Origin: Spirogloea muscicola
Taxonomy: Eukaryota
Assembly (NCBI GenBank): GCA_009602725.1
Contig: WELB01000008.1
Coordinates: 258,929-304,612, forward strand
DNA length: 45,684 nt
Direction of reading: 5' to 3'
Shown: positions 24,421 through 37,387 of the stretch, piece by piece
Layout: each line of letters starts with the position of its first letter
Numbering within the stretch: the first letter of the stretch is position 1
The notes under the pieces: generated by a model
The model's input: the letters and a program-made list of their open reading frames with translations, nothing else
The model's database searches: none
Told to the model about the DNA's origin: nothing
Made by a program: the position numbers and the translations under genes

Positions 24421-24608
24421 CATTCTTTCACTCTGTGATGAAGAAGAAGCTCTTCCAACAGGAGGCGATGGCTTTGGAAGAGCAGCCCCAAGGCAAAGGA
24501 TTCTCCTTTCCCAGATTTTCACCAATCGTCCATTTCCTTGGGGCTGCTCTTCCAAAGCCATCGCCTCCTGTTGGAAGAGCTTCTTCTTCATCACAGAGTG
24601 AAAGAATG
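24421..24608. repeat. Perfect inverted repeat, 73-bp arms, 42-nt spacer
   Basis: 24421-24493 is the exact reverse complement of 24536-24608 (checked base by base). Confidence 0.97.
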
Positions 24609-25144
24609 GAATTGGTGCGCATGCAGCAAAAGGACTACCAAGCCGAGCACTACACTTTTATTCAGAAGGGCGTAAGAGAGCAGAATTCGGGCTGAGGTTG
24701 CAGGGCAAACTATTGGAATCCCAAAGAGAAGGCATGCGTGTGCATCAATTGAAAGATTTGCCAAGCCAAGCTAGTACCTTATTGTGGTGCAATCTAATAT
24801 ATAGACGAACCAAGGTCACAGAACGAAGCACAACTTTGGTCGAACCCAGTATGTCTCCAGAGTCAAGTTGTGCAGCTTCCTCTTTCTTCGTTTACCGCAT
24901 TCTTCTTCTGTGCACCTTCCCACCCTTTGGACCTTGTTCATTTCTTTTGGGCTGGCGCAGCCATCGCCTTGCACTTCAGGGGCTGTCACTTTCTTCAGAG
25001 CTGGCGCAAACAGGAATGCGAGAAGCATCATAGGCCGACGGGCTGGCTGTTCCAGGATCACGTACTTCTGAAGATAGCTCTTCCGTAGGGGGCGATGGCT
25101 GTGAAGGAGATACTCTTTCAAGGGGGGGAGGGCTCTAGGCGAAA

Positions 25145-25760
25145 GAAATAGCTCTTTCCATGTAAGGCAACGGCCGTGAGAGGGCAGCCCAGAAGAAATG
25201 AACAAGGTCTGAAAAGTAAGCTCGCTCATTGAAAACAAGGCTGTGACATGCCAGCCGGATAGGAATTGACAAGGTCCGAAGGGACAAAATCGTGCTAATC
25301 ACACTACTAAGCAAGTGCCATGTAAGATAATCACCAAGTAAGCTAAGGTTAGCTGCTGCAAGTTGAAAGACTAGCCGGCGGAAAGCAGTCCCCATGACAA
25401 GAGCCACTGGCCGCAGCTAGAGCATTGCCAGCACGCAGATGCAAGGCGTGACTCATAAACCGCTGGAGGAATATGGACAGGCGCATCCGAAACACCTGCG
25501 TTAACGAGCCAGCGGCATTGTAATCGGCCTGCTCGCCTCGCCTGCAGAATACAGCGCGGCATGCAAGCCGGGTTGACAGGTCTAGCCACTGAGACCCAAA
25601 AGCCCCGTGCACATCGATGACCAGTGGAACGAACTCGTCCCCTTCCGGATGGTCCGAGTACTTGGCCTGTTTGCCACTAGCGGCTTTCGCTGCTGCATGC
25701 CCATTCGAAGCACCGAGGCCCAAACTGGAGCGGTCAACCACATCTGTGGTGACCACGCCG
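25145..25760 (-). mobile_element. 5'-truncated CRE fragment (lineage E): RLE C-terminal half and 3' UTR
   Basis: VVTTD...AASGKQAKYSDHPEGDEFVPLVIDVHGAFG..FRMRLSIFLQR...RAGNALAAASG; the UTR ends in GGGCTGCCCTCTCACGGCC..GGAAAGAGCT. Confidence 0.85.
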
Positions 25761-26034
25761 GCAACGATGCGCGGGCATGAAGAAGAAGAAGTGGCACTCC
25801 CAAAGGGGGCAAGTGCCGTGAAAAGCCAGCCTAAAATGAAATGAAAAAGGTTCGGAGGGGCCTACAAGCGTGTAGCAGCTATAAACGAAGAAGTGCTCGC
25901 CCATAGAAAAGAGGGCTGGCAAAGCCAGCCCAAAAAGAATGGACAATGGGGCCTGAGAATGCTATGTCAGAACAGGGGAGGAAAGAGAGGGCCGGAAAAA
26001 AGTGCACGCCCTTAGAGAAGAGGGGCTGGCAAAG

Positions 26035-29000
26035 AAGAAAGTGCTCGCCCATTGAGGGGCTGGAAAAGCCAGCCCAAGAAAGAATCAACAAAGGACGAGA
26101 AAGGGGAAGCGCCAGGGGAAGCGCTAAGGAAAACAAGCACAAAAAGAGACAAAGCAGCTACGAATCACTCAGTTAACCCCTGCTAAGCAGCCGCAGATCA
26201 GAGATGCTAGGCTCCTGGAAGTGGGTCCCCTGGCCAGAGCCAGAGGCAGCAGCGAGGGCTCTGCCGGCACAAAGGTGCAGCGCGCGGACCATAGACCTCT
26301 GCAGCGAGACGGCCAGGCGCATGCGGTACACTTGCGCCAGCAACCCGGCTGCAGGAAAGTCCACCGGCTCCCCATGAAAGTGACGGGCGATGGCGTGGCG
26401 ATCGAGCTGGTTAAGCAGCTCGAGCCACCGAGCGCCCAGCGCCCCATGGGTGTCAATTGCCAACGGGAAGAACTCGTCTTCCCACGGATGGTCTTCGTAC
26501 TTGAGCTCTTTAGCCCGAGCGGCGCAGGCGACCGCGTACCCAGCCTTGGTGGCACATTGGGCTGGGTGTGAGCGGTTGTATGCGTCGGTGGTCACCACGT
26601 CCAGGAGAAGACGTGGCCCGCTGGCCTGTGGCCCGCTGGCCTGTGGGGTGGCCACCAGGTCTACGCGACGGGCGTGGAGACCGTTGGCCCTTCCCTGGAG
26701 CGGCATGACGCCGGAATGCTCCGCTGCCACCAAGAAGCCAGCCTCCACCAGGATGCCATCATCGCATCGCGGAGGCGGTCGTGGGCCACTGTCCGCTCGC
26801 CGCCGTGGGCGCAGCGCAGAACATGAGCGGCCAGCTCCCCAGACTCGGCCCCTCGCTCGCCATATACACACTGACGCACACCCTGGAGACATGGAGGCGG
26901 CAGTCCCAGGAGCCAAAGGACGGCTGTGCGAAATACCTCATCCAGGAGAGTGAGGGCGTCATTGATGGGGAGGGCCTGAAGCCAAGCCGCTGCCCCAGGG
27001 GGGGGAGGTCGATTAGAGTCTCGCGCGCCCACGCAGGTCGGCCTCGGGGAGCTGCAGCACGGTGGTGGTGTAGGCGGCCTTGTCCACCACGGCCGCGAAG
27101 CGCGCTTTAACGCGCAGGTCAGGGGTGTGCGCGAGGTGCGCAAAGGAGACCGCCTGGCCTGCCAGGTCCAGGTGCGCTGCGAGCAGCTCCTGGTGGGCGG
27201 AGCGAAGCGACACCTGGAACGGCAATGCGCCCATGTCGACCTCCACCACCGCCTGCTCCAGTGCACGCCGGCCGTGGACCATGAAGCGCTGGGCCACGGA
27301 GGCGGCCGTCTGCGCCCAGCTGCCGAGGTATGCAGCCCGGCAAGAATGGGCGAGCGGGCGCAGGCCGAGACCACCGTGGCTGAGGGGTAGCGCCGCCTGG
27401 TGGATAGCGGCTGGCGACTGGAGGAAGCCCTGGTGGCAAACCAGGGCCGCCAAGCTCGCCACCATGCCTGCGTCAAAACCCGCGTACGCATCCAACGCCC
27501 CTGGGGACGGCGGAGTGGCCCGCGTCAAGCACTGGGGCCGCTGCCCAATGGCCTTGGTCAACATGGCCAACGACAGATGCATATCGTCAAGCTCGGGAAG
27601 CCGGGCCGCAGGCTGAAGATGCTCCGCAAGGCGGGCTCGCAGCTGCCCCTCCTCGAAGGAAGGCCACTGATGGGGACCCCCAGCAGGGTGAAGCCATCTG
27701 CTGGAGTCTGGCATCCGGTGGGGGCAGCGTCAGGGTGGGTGGGAGGCCGCAGGGAGACCAAGGGAGCACTTCGACGCCCGGATGGACAGGCTGAGGGTGG
27801 CCAGTTGCAGCTCGAAGGTGACGAAGGCCGCCGCCACGTCGTCCGGAGGGCCGACTAGGTGGTGTCGTCCGCGAAGGTGGGGATTAGGACTCCTGGGTGT
27901 GCCGCCGCAGTAGCCTGCAGAGCCCGGTGGTGAGCGAGCGCAAAGTAGAAGTCGGCGAGGGGGTCCCCTTGCCGCATGCCCACTTGGGACTATAGGACCT
28001 CCAATTGATCACCCCCTGTCCGCCAGAGGAGGTTGCTGGACTGACCGTACCCCAAGCGGAAAGAGGGTACCAGGGAGGGGAAGGATGCCCGGAGCTCCTC
28101 TGCAATACTGGCGCGCCCACAGTGTTAAAGGCATTCTTCAAGTCAACGGCCAGCACCAGCCACCCCGGGTGCTGGTCCACGGTCGCACGAACCCCGTGGA
28201 CGACGGCCTTGCCCCCACTCCGCAGCCCCGCGCCGTACTGGTGTGGCGCCATGTGCACCTGCGCCGGACCCGCATGCTGCTGCCAGAGTACGCGGCTCAC
28301 CAGGCGGTACAGGACCTCCCCAATGGCAATGGACCTGACTCCCCCCCTCGGCTTGTCGAGGGCGAGAAGCGTGCTGGTGCACAGCACGCCACGGATGCTG
28401 GCTGGCACATTGTTTCGGGCCATATGCTGGCAGATCTGCAGCAGCGCGTTCAAGTCTGCAGCCTCACCCTCAAGGAAGATCTCCCGCAGGTGCTCAATTA
28501 GCATGCGGGAGGGGCCGCCGGCGGCTGCGGGACGGCTGGTCTGGAGAGCCTTCTTGAGGGCGTCGGCTTCCAAGACCACCTCCTCCAGCAGGGCAAACGC
28601 GGCCAACCACGGTGGCGGGGGGGAGCTGGCCGGGGGGTGGAGGGTGTCCAGAGCCGCCCGGGTTGCCGCATTGGTCGGCGCCAGCATCGCGCCGTCCAGG
28701 GCCAGCACAGCCCGGGAGAGCTCACCCGCGTGGCCGTAGCGAAGAGCCCTGCGGACGCTGGCAGCCCGGTCGTGTGTTGCCCCTGGGCCACCACGGTTGG
28801 CCGTGGACGCCGCCACGGCTGTGTCGTGCCTCGTCAGGAGCTCCTCCCATTGCCCGCTCTTGAAGCACTGGACGCGTTCCAAGAGGGGCTGCTGGCCCTG
28901 CTTGCGGCTGTCAGGAGAGACCCGCCCGAGCAACAGCCGGGGGAGGATGAATAATTTCCACGCCGCCTCGTCCCTGTGGTCCGCGACGATCCGCTGCGTC

Positions 29001-30144
29001 ACTGGGCGGAGCGCACGGCGGAGGTGTGGGCTCGCCCACAGCGGAACGTGGCGAAGGAGCGGCAGGTCCGCCTGGCGGTGAACTGCGGCCAGGTCGAGGC
29101 CTGCCAGCCACTGCCAGTGGTGAGGCGTGGGCGGGGACGGCGCGGGAGGCCTGCCTGGTCTGCCCCGACGACGCCGCTGCCGCTGCGCTCCGCGCCTGCT
29201 CCGCACGGTTATTGCTGCACGTGCAAGTTCGCTGGTGGTTGGACCGGCCGGACCGTGTGGTGAAGGTCCTCTGGCGAAGCTGGCACCGCGGCGGGTCGGG
29301 CGAGAGAGGTGGGGGCGACGGCGGTGGAGCCGGCTCACTCGGCGGGGGTGGAGGCGGCGGAGACGGGGGCGGCGTCGCTGGCACCGACTGTGGAAGGCTG
29401 GGCGGCTCGAGAGGCGGGATGGCGGATGGTGGGGAAGGTGGCGTCGGGGAAGGTGGGGGCGGTGGGGACGACAGCGGCTGTGGTGACGACGGCTCAGCGG
29501 GTGGTAGCGGCTGCTGCACCTCTGTCGCCGGAGAAGCACACTCAGGGACGTCAGGGCCGAGCACATGGGGCATGGTACCCTGAGAATGGAGGAGCGTGGT
29601 CACCTCGTGGGTCCCCTCGCATCTCAGGGATGGAGGCGATAACACTTGTGCCCACTTCTCTCGGGCGGGAGGCGATAGAGTAGTGGCCTCCGTGGAATGC
29701 TCCGTGGTATGCTCCGCCTGAGTAGAAGCCAGGGCCGGGACCATGGGGCTGCAAGTCGCGACGGCCGCTGCGGGCGGAGTGCCGGTGGGGCTGGCATGCC
29801 CCTTGCAGTATCGCGGATGCATGGAGACCCCATGGGGAGTTGCGAAGTCCCGCGAGCAGGTGGGGCACGGCGCGCGCGGGGGCTTCACAGGCGAGGGTGG
29901 CGACGGCGGAAGAAGGGGGGGCTGCGGTGGAGGTGGCGTGGTGGCGGCATGGAAGGTGGCGAGGGCGAGAAACCGCTGCGCCCATGCGAACGTGGCCGAG
30001 GGAAGTTCGGGACTCTGGCTCCGAAGGCGGCGCCGAGACAGCGCGGGTGGGGCGACGGCGGGCGGCGCGGCGGCGACGGGAGCGACGGTGGCAGCGGGAG
30101 CCGGCGCTGGGGCAGGGCCGGGAGGGGGCCTGCACGCCGCCGCG
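26035..30144 (-). mobile_element. Near-full-length, frameshifted CRE-clade non-LTR retrotransposon (lineage C): N-terminal zinc fingers, RT, CCHC, RLE
   Basis: Fingers CPTCSRDF..H..C and CQLxQRTF..H..C; RT motifs AGGPS, KPRGGVRSIAIGE..YRL, HQYG, VDLKNAFN, GMRQGDPL, FADD (~27865-27876), LLGVPI, LPLSHGGLG; RLE RRVDLV..LLDVVTTD..AKELKY..FPLAIDTHG. Several frameshifts; the 5' end abuts the poly(A)/gap. Confidence 0.93.
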
Positions 30145-30447
<303 letters not shown>

Positions 30448-33400
30448 GGCGGCGACGGCGGCGGCGGCGGCGGCGACGCGCTGGGCGGCGCTGGACGGCC
30501 GCCTTGCCGCCGAGCTGTGTTCCGCGGGCTTCGTCCGTTCAGTCCGCGGGCCGCGGCCCATGCTTTGACGACAGGCCATGGACGCCGGCGTCGCCGTCGC
30601 AACTCTGCAGGCCGCCGTCACGCCGCCGCGCACGGCGGCGGCGGCCGCTGCCGCGCGACTCCTGCGCCGCCAAACGGCCGCCATCAGAACGGCGGCCGCT
30701 CCTCGGCTCGCTTCGGCTGTCATCTCGCAGCCCCGTCCTGGGCTTCCTCCGAGCCAAGGGAGGCTCCGCTGCGCGGGCTACTGGCCGCCTCGGCCCGACG
30801 TCTTGAAATCCTGCCGGCGGCCTTCCCATTACGATGTGGCCTCCGAAGCCAGGCCGTTGCGGTGGCGCTCGCTGGCGTGGCAGAGCTGCCGGCTGTCGAG
30901 GAGACGGCAGCCACCAGCGGCCCCTCCAGCGGTGACAGCGGAACTTACTCTGGGAGTTACGGCGCCGAGCAGATCACGGTGAGGGCCCAAATCCTCTCCA
31001 TCCTGGCTGCGGTTAACTGTCAGGTCCTACCGCCTTAGTGCAATCAGTTAAGCACCTCAAAAGCATTGGCGATTTAGAGCCTGGTCGGGTTGTGCAGCAT
31101 CGGTCGCCACCCTGATGTAAACGAGCGCCACCCAGCCGCCATTCCGACTTGTTGCAGCTTCAGCGTGCTTGCTTGCTGGTCCCATGCACTGGCTGTGGGG
31201 CTGCTCTGGGAGCTCGCTGTTTAGGGTTTAAGGCTAAGAGGTGCAGGCGCGAAACTGTCGGGCGTCTCGCTGCTAATCTCCTTGTCTGAGATGCAGTTAG
31301 AGCTCCACTTTGGCTGCTGATCGTTGTCCTGTTCTTATATTGGAAAGCAAGACATTTGAAAAGCAACACCAGGTCCAGCTCCTGGAGCTCCCGGCATTAG
31401 CATCACTTGAAAAAGTTGACGGTTGGAGAGTCGACGCGTTGGGGTGAATATATGAAAATGGAGTGCTTGAACTGCAGTCTCAGGAATGATACTCCTAGAT
31501 AAAAGTTATACTCTCCTGTCAACATTGGGTTGCCGACTAATAGCTGAGAGCAGAATGCAGTACGTGCTCCAGTGCCGCAGAGAAAGTCTTCCTTGGCGGC
31601 TCTTGAAGTATGGTGGCATGGCCTGCTGCTAATCTGGTGGTTGTGGCTGCTACCATATGTTACGTGCAGGTGCTGGAAGGCCTGGATCCCGTGCGAAAGC
31701 GGCCGAGAATGTATATTGGCGGCACCGGCGCCCGCGGCCTCCACCACCTGGTTGTCTGTGAATGCTTTGGCACCCTGCAGCATGATGTTACTTGGCACCC
31801 CGCAGCACAGTGTCGAGGCATTTTTCCTCGCCTTGATTTACATTACTAAACGCTTGCAGTCTGCATTGCTCATGGTCAGGTGTACGAGGTGGTAGATAAA
31901 GCCATTGACGAGGCGCAGGCTGGCTTTGCCTCCTTGGTAGAGGTGGTGCTGTGTGCAGACGGCTCCGCGGCTGTGAGCGACAATGGGAGGGGGGTGCGCT
32001 CTCCCGTATGCCTGAAGGCAAGCCTGGGTCAGGCCTCAGGGTTGGACGTTGTGGACGTTGTTTTGCATGTGCGGCTTACTTATCACTTTCAGCCTTCAGC
32101 ACAGTTGCTAGGCATGTGGATTGTCAGGATCTCTGACTTTATCTCAAGGCCATTTTGCGGAAGCACGTGACCTGGTCCTCGACCTCGCAGATCGCAACCG
32201 ACCTTCACCCTGCCACGGGCAAGTCAGCGCTAGAGACAGTGCTCATGGTGACCTCCCAACCCCAAGACTTGGTCTATGTGTAATCTGTGGCTGTAAATCC
32301 AGGGTATAGGGTCATTGTTGCAAGTGCATAGGTGCAGCAATGTTTTTCAATGTGTTCATCAGTCCCAACCCTTGTCATTTTCATTTTCATTACAGCCAGC
32401 AAATGCACCCAGCCTTCAGCACCTTCAGCCTGTGATCTTGTGGAAGGGACTGTAGATGATGTGACTCTGGGCCCGGCCCTTGCAGGTGCTGCATGCAGGA
32501 GGCAAATTTGGCGGCGCTGGCAGTGGGTACAAGGTCTCTGGCGGCCTCCATGGAGGTGGCATTTCTGTTGTCAATGCTCTGTCAGAGGTCAGTCCCCTTT
32601 CTACTGCCTCAGTTCACAAGCTTCCACTTGGTTTGCAAGCCCTGCAGATATTGATGACGGGAATGTGGAGGCTAAAAGCTCAACCTGTAGTACAAGCCGT
32701 GCTGATGATGTGCACAATGCACACCTGCCGGTTGTGGCAGAGATTGGAAGTGACAGTCTGGAGGAATGGGCAGGAGTATCAGCAGGCATTTTGCCGAGAC
32801 GAGCCCGTGGCGCCTCTGGCAAGCCACCCTCTCCCTGACAATGAGCAGGGGCCATACTGGCAGGAGGGTGGTCTTTCTGCCTGACCCCCTAGAGCAAGTG
32901 CCCCCATCCTCAATGTCGCAAGTTCAGTTGATGACCACCCGCATGCAAGGTCGCCAGTACAGAGCCACTGCTGCTGACAGTATCCTCTCCACTTGCAGTA
33001 TCACAACAACAACTGGGTTGACTTTGGCACCATTCATCTCGGCTACGCGAGCTAGCCTTCCTAAATTCGAGGGTATGAGACCGACAAACACATGCATTGC
33101 ATCCGCCAGTGCAATGGTGCGTCTTGGCTTTATTAGCAATCTCCGTCCTCCCTGGAAACTTTGAGGCTCTGGTTCATGAGATCAGGACCTTGGGGAAGAT
33201 GCAGGTGCAAGTCTGGGGCGCACGAGGAGCAGTCTGTCGAAGAGAAGAGCCGCACTTCTGAATTCTGCTTTTCGAACGGACTGAAAGACTACCTCACATG
33301 GCTAAACAGTGACAAGGTTAGGCCTTTGACCAGCAGCACAACTTGCAATCTGCCATCAAGCTGTATTGGCGATGTGGTAAAAGGGCTGGGTTTTCCGATG

Positions 33401-34104
33401 AACGTGCTGTTGCAACCCGTATAAGAGTAGTATACAAGTGGTGCCTAAGCATCCTAACCCAGAATGGCTGGTCTGCCTGTTTAGGAGCACCTGCATGAGA
33501 CTATTGTGTTCTAGAAGGAGAGAGACGGTGTCACTGTGAATGTTGCTCTACAGTGGTAAGGCAAGGACAAACTGTCTCCCACATTGAGCAGGGTGTCGTT
33601 TGCTCCAATTGTTATACTAGTTTCTATGTATCTATCAGGATTGACTTAGTCCTCACGTGAGATGCGTGCCCCGCCGTCACTGCACCAGGTGCTTAAATTC
33701 GCACACAGATACTTTACTGGGTTACGCCAACATAATACGGATCTCAGATGGTGGTAGTCATGTTGAGGGTCTGAAGTCCGCGGGTCACTCGCTCCCTCAA
33801 CACGTTAGGTCGCAAAAGCAAGCTTCTCAAGGTGTTTCCTTGTACCAATTGCTTATTGACATGTGACGAAATCATGCCCAAGCTGACATGCACAAACTAG
33901 TCAAGAGGTTGCTGACAATGACAATTGTCCTGACAACCTGCATGCTTGTTTCTACAGTTCTCGTGCTTGATTACAATCTTTGGGATCTGACAAGCCCTCA
34001 ATTCTCTTTCCACGTCAGGACAAGGACGAGAACCTCGCAGGGGAGCATGTTCGGGAGGGCTCACCTGTGTGTTTTTTGTCAAAGTGCCCAACCCTGAGTC
34101 TTCT
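30448..34104 (+). pseudogene. gyrB: DNA gyrase subunit B (nuclear-encoded organellar type) pseudogene, 3'-truncated, intron-containing
   Basis: Exons SYGAEQIT / [22 protein letters not shown] / VYEVVDKAIDEA..SDNGRG / LHPATGKSALETV / [26 protein letters not shown] / SRLRELAFLNS / DGGSHVEG / GEHVREG. Lesions: RPG>RPR, DNA>DKA, frameshifts, TAG at 33512-33514; ends before TOPRIM. Confidence 0.92.
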
Positions 34105-35204
34105 TTCGCCCACTGCTCCTCCTTGCTTGCCAGCACCCACGCCACCTTCCTTGATTTGCTGCCGGCCTGCTTCGGTTCGGAGCCTGCCGCCGTTACCGCC
34201 ATGGGCAAGAATAAATGGCTCGCACATAGATATATAGCATAGCAAGAAGGCCGTCTTTGCCATGGGCAAGAAGGCGAGGAAGTAGCGCGGCGCATCGCCT
34301 GAGCCCCAAGCTTCTTCGTCGCCTGAGCCCCAACAGAGTGACGGTAATGCCACGGGACCGGGGGATTCGGTTGGTGCCCTTAACAGGGCACCAACGACAG
34401 ACTTCCTCAACAGGGCGAACCATCACGGGGCTCGTCGCCACGCGGCGAGCAGCTGGGGCGCCTCCCGGGCTACGCGGCACGCCGTCGGCGCAGGCACCAC
34501 GTGGGCTCTGCGGCTGGCAGCCGACGCACGGGTGAGCCGCCGCAAGGCTGGGCCCGGCAGGCGGGCGCAAGCTTTGGGGGCCCCCTGCCCCGCAAAGGGG
34601 CGCCTGTCAGGCCCCCCCCGCTACTTCTGAAGCGCGCGCTGCCCGCGCGATGGCTGCTGCCTCAGGGTCTCGGCAGAGTGCCGCTTTTCCTGCCTCGAGT
34701 TATTCAGATTTGCTGTTGCTCACTCGCGGCTACTGAGCATCCATCCCGAATTGCGTCTGCATCGTCTTGTGCTTTTTAGTGTAGTCCTCTTTCGGCATCT
34801 TTTCTTTTTTGGATTTGGATATTGTCCTTCTTTTTGGGCTGGCTTTGCCAGCCCCTCTTCTCTAAGGGCGAGCACTTTCTTGAAAGGGCCGAGGGCTGCC
34901 TTTGGGCTGGCCTCTCACAGCCCTTGCCCCCAATTGGAGAGCCACTTCTTCTCACAGCCACTGCCTAATATTGGAGGGACTCTTTCTCGTGGGAGGCCAG
35001 CACGGCAGGAATGGACGAGGTCCCAAGGGGCGGCAAGCGCTCGTTCACACAGCTGTGCAAGCACCCACGAAGGATGTTCGTTTGCTCAGCAAATTTCTGG
35101 GAGGGGGCCCGCTCGCAACGCCCGCCGTTCGGGGAAACGCGTGCATCGAGAGGTGGGGCGGCCGGAGCGGCCAGGTGCGGAGACAAGCACATCCCTCGGG
35201 GGCA

Positions 35205-35930
35205 GATAGAATGCGGCTGCTGATATTAAAGAATCGGCTGTAAATTGCCAGCCAGATGCATATAGGTGTTCATGACGGAGCCAAAGGCTAGGCAGACAGG
35301 GCGCCCTCAATAACCCCGTGTCAGCAGTAGGGAGTCAGATGAGCTGAGGGGAGGAAGAGCAACCCCGCTGGCAGACCAGAGGCTGCTGCAAGGGCGCGAC
35401 CAGCCCGGCTATGCAAAGCAATCGCCTGGGACCGCTGTAGGCATATAGACAAACGCATTCGGTAGCAGGACACAAGATCCGAAGGCACCGAGCCACCGGG
35501 AAGGGCTGCGCCCTGTTCCCAGCGCCGCTGGTCAGCTTGAGAGGCCAGCAGCAAAAGTAGGGAGGCCCACCGACCCCCGTAACACCATGGATGTCCATGG
35601 CCAGGAGAGAAGGCGCGCGGGGCGCATGAATTGAAAGGGAGGCCAATTCAAGCCAATACATTGTTCAGGCAGAGTCGAGTGCAGACTAAACAAAAAAGGC
35701 CAGGGGGTAAAGGTATCACCCGCCGGGTGGTCCTTGTACTTACTCAACTTCTTCTGTTTGGCCACCTTCGCGGCATAGCCGGTCTCAGAAATAATGGGGC
35801 CCTTCGTCCAGAAGCTGTCGGTTAGGACGACGTCCATGAGGAGCCGCTTGCCACCTCCCAGGGGGACGCCAACCAGATCGACACTCCTCGTCTGAGGGAC
35901 CCCGTTGCGTAGTGGGACGGGGGGTCCCAC
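35205..35930 (-). mobile_element. 5'-truncated CRE fragment (lineage D) interrupted by a lineage-A 3'-end insertion
   Basis: RSVDLV..LLMDVVLTD..AKQKKLSKYKDHP..FTP[insert 35606-35697]AMDIHG; then YRMRLSICLQRSQAIALHSRAGRALAAASG..LTRGY*. Confidence 0.88.
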
Positions 35931-36752
35931 AAGCTGCGGGGGGACTTGTCAGGAGTGCGCCGAAGGTGCCCCTCCGCTTACCCCGGGCCAGACCACCCCG
36001 GCAGCACCACCTCCGCCGCCGCGCCGCGCCTCGTCTCTGACACCATTTCCTGCCCCGCTGCTCCTCTCCCTCCGCGACCGCTCACCAGCTCCACCATCAC
36101 TGCCTCGTCCCGCCGCCATGCCCGCGGCCTGCCCCGCCGCCGACGGCCCAAACCACCGCCCCCGTGCCGTGGCAGCAGCTGCGGCCCCGGCCCTCCGCCC
36201 CTCGCCAGTCGTCGCCGCCAACCGCGCCATGCTCAACGGCAGCGGCGTCGCGGCCGCCGGCGCTCCGGCCGACCTGCCATTCGACTACTTCCGAAAGGTA
36301 GCGGCTGCTTGATCGCCCTCGCATCGAAGTCGCTGAGTCGGGGCGATCGAGTCGTTGCCCGCCGCATGCCCCTGCACGGCCGAGCTCGTCAACAGGGCCG
36401 GCTGATGACCGCCGTGCCGTGTGCCGCTCCTGGTGCAGGCAGCACTGGCCGCATTCCGTTCGCAAGCGCAGATTTCGGAGCTGGACGCCGTGTGCAGCTT
36501 GTTCTGCGCCCTACACAGCTTGCTGGGCGAGCTCCAGGCCCACGGCGTGCACCTCTGCCGGCCCCTTCCGCTGACTCGCGACGACTACCTCGCGCAGCGG
36601 CTGCTAACCGCTGTGTTTGCGGACGCTTCCTATGCCGTAGAAGTGTCACCTTCCCCGCTGACTCGCGAGCAGGACGCGGCGCTCATCGACGACCTCAAGC
36701 ATCGGCTCCTGACCGCTGCGCTTGCGATCACTACCCGTTGCGTGCCAGTGTT

Positions 36753-37387
36753 ACCACTGCCTGCGCTGCTCAGGCCCTTCATCGGAGAAAGAGTGCTCGC
36801 TTTCGTCGGAGAGGTCCGCCAGGAAAGCCCCAGCAGCGGCAGCACTGGCGGGCGGCCGCCAGCCCCCCAGACCCTGCCACTCCCGCCATCACCGTTCACG
36901 CCCGTGAGCGACGAGCAATCCTTCGACGTGACACTGGGGTCGCCGTCGACCCCTCTATTTGCACTTCCGCACCTATTCTCTCTTCTCTGGCAGTTTACAG
37001 CCGATTTTTTAATATCAGCAGCCGCTTGACTGTTCTCTAGGAAAGCAGGCGCGGCACTGGCCCGTGGCAGGACTTCCTGGCACGGACCTCACCACCTCAC
37101 CACTGCCTGCGCTGTTCGGCTCCTTCCTCGGAGAAGAAGTGCTCGCCGTCCTCGGAGAGGGCCGCCGGGAAAGCCTCAGCAGCGGCAGCTCTGGCGGGCT
37201 GCTGCCAGCCACCCAAACCCTGCCACTCCCGCCGTCAGCGTTCACGCCCGCGAGCGACGAGCAATCCTTCGACGTGACACTGGGGTCGCTGTAGACCCCT
37301 TTATTCGCACCTCCACACCTATTTTCTCTTCTCTGGGAAAGCAGGCGCGGGGCTGGCCCGTGGCAGGACTTCCTGAACACGGACCTT
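36753..37387 (+). repeat. Imperfect tandem duplication (unit ~296 bp) overlapping an unidentified GC-rich ORF
   Basis: 36753-36990 matches 37100-37336, and 37041-37089 matches 37337-37387; copy 1 carries a 50-bp insertion. Confidence 0.85.

Noticed and set aside
33512..33514. TAG-to-Gln recoding suggested by the shared gyrB TAG
   Set aside because: Both copies have many other lesions, CAG>TAG is a simple transition, and TAA aligns with TGA at CRE ORF ends (74-76 vs 7771-7773).
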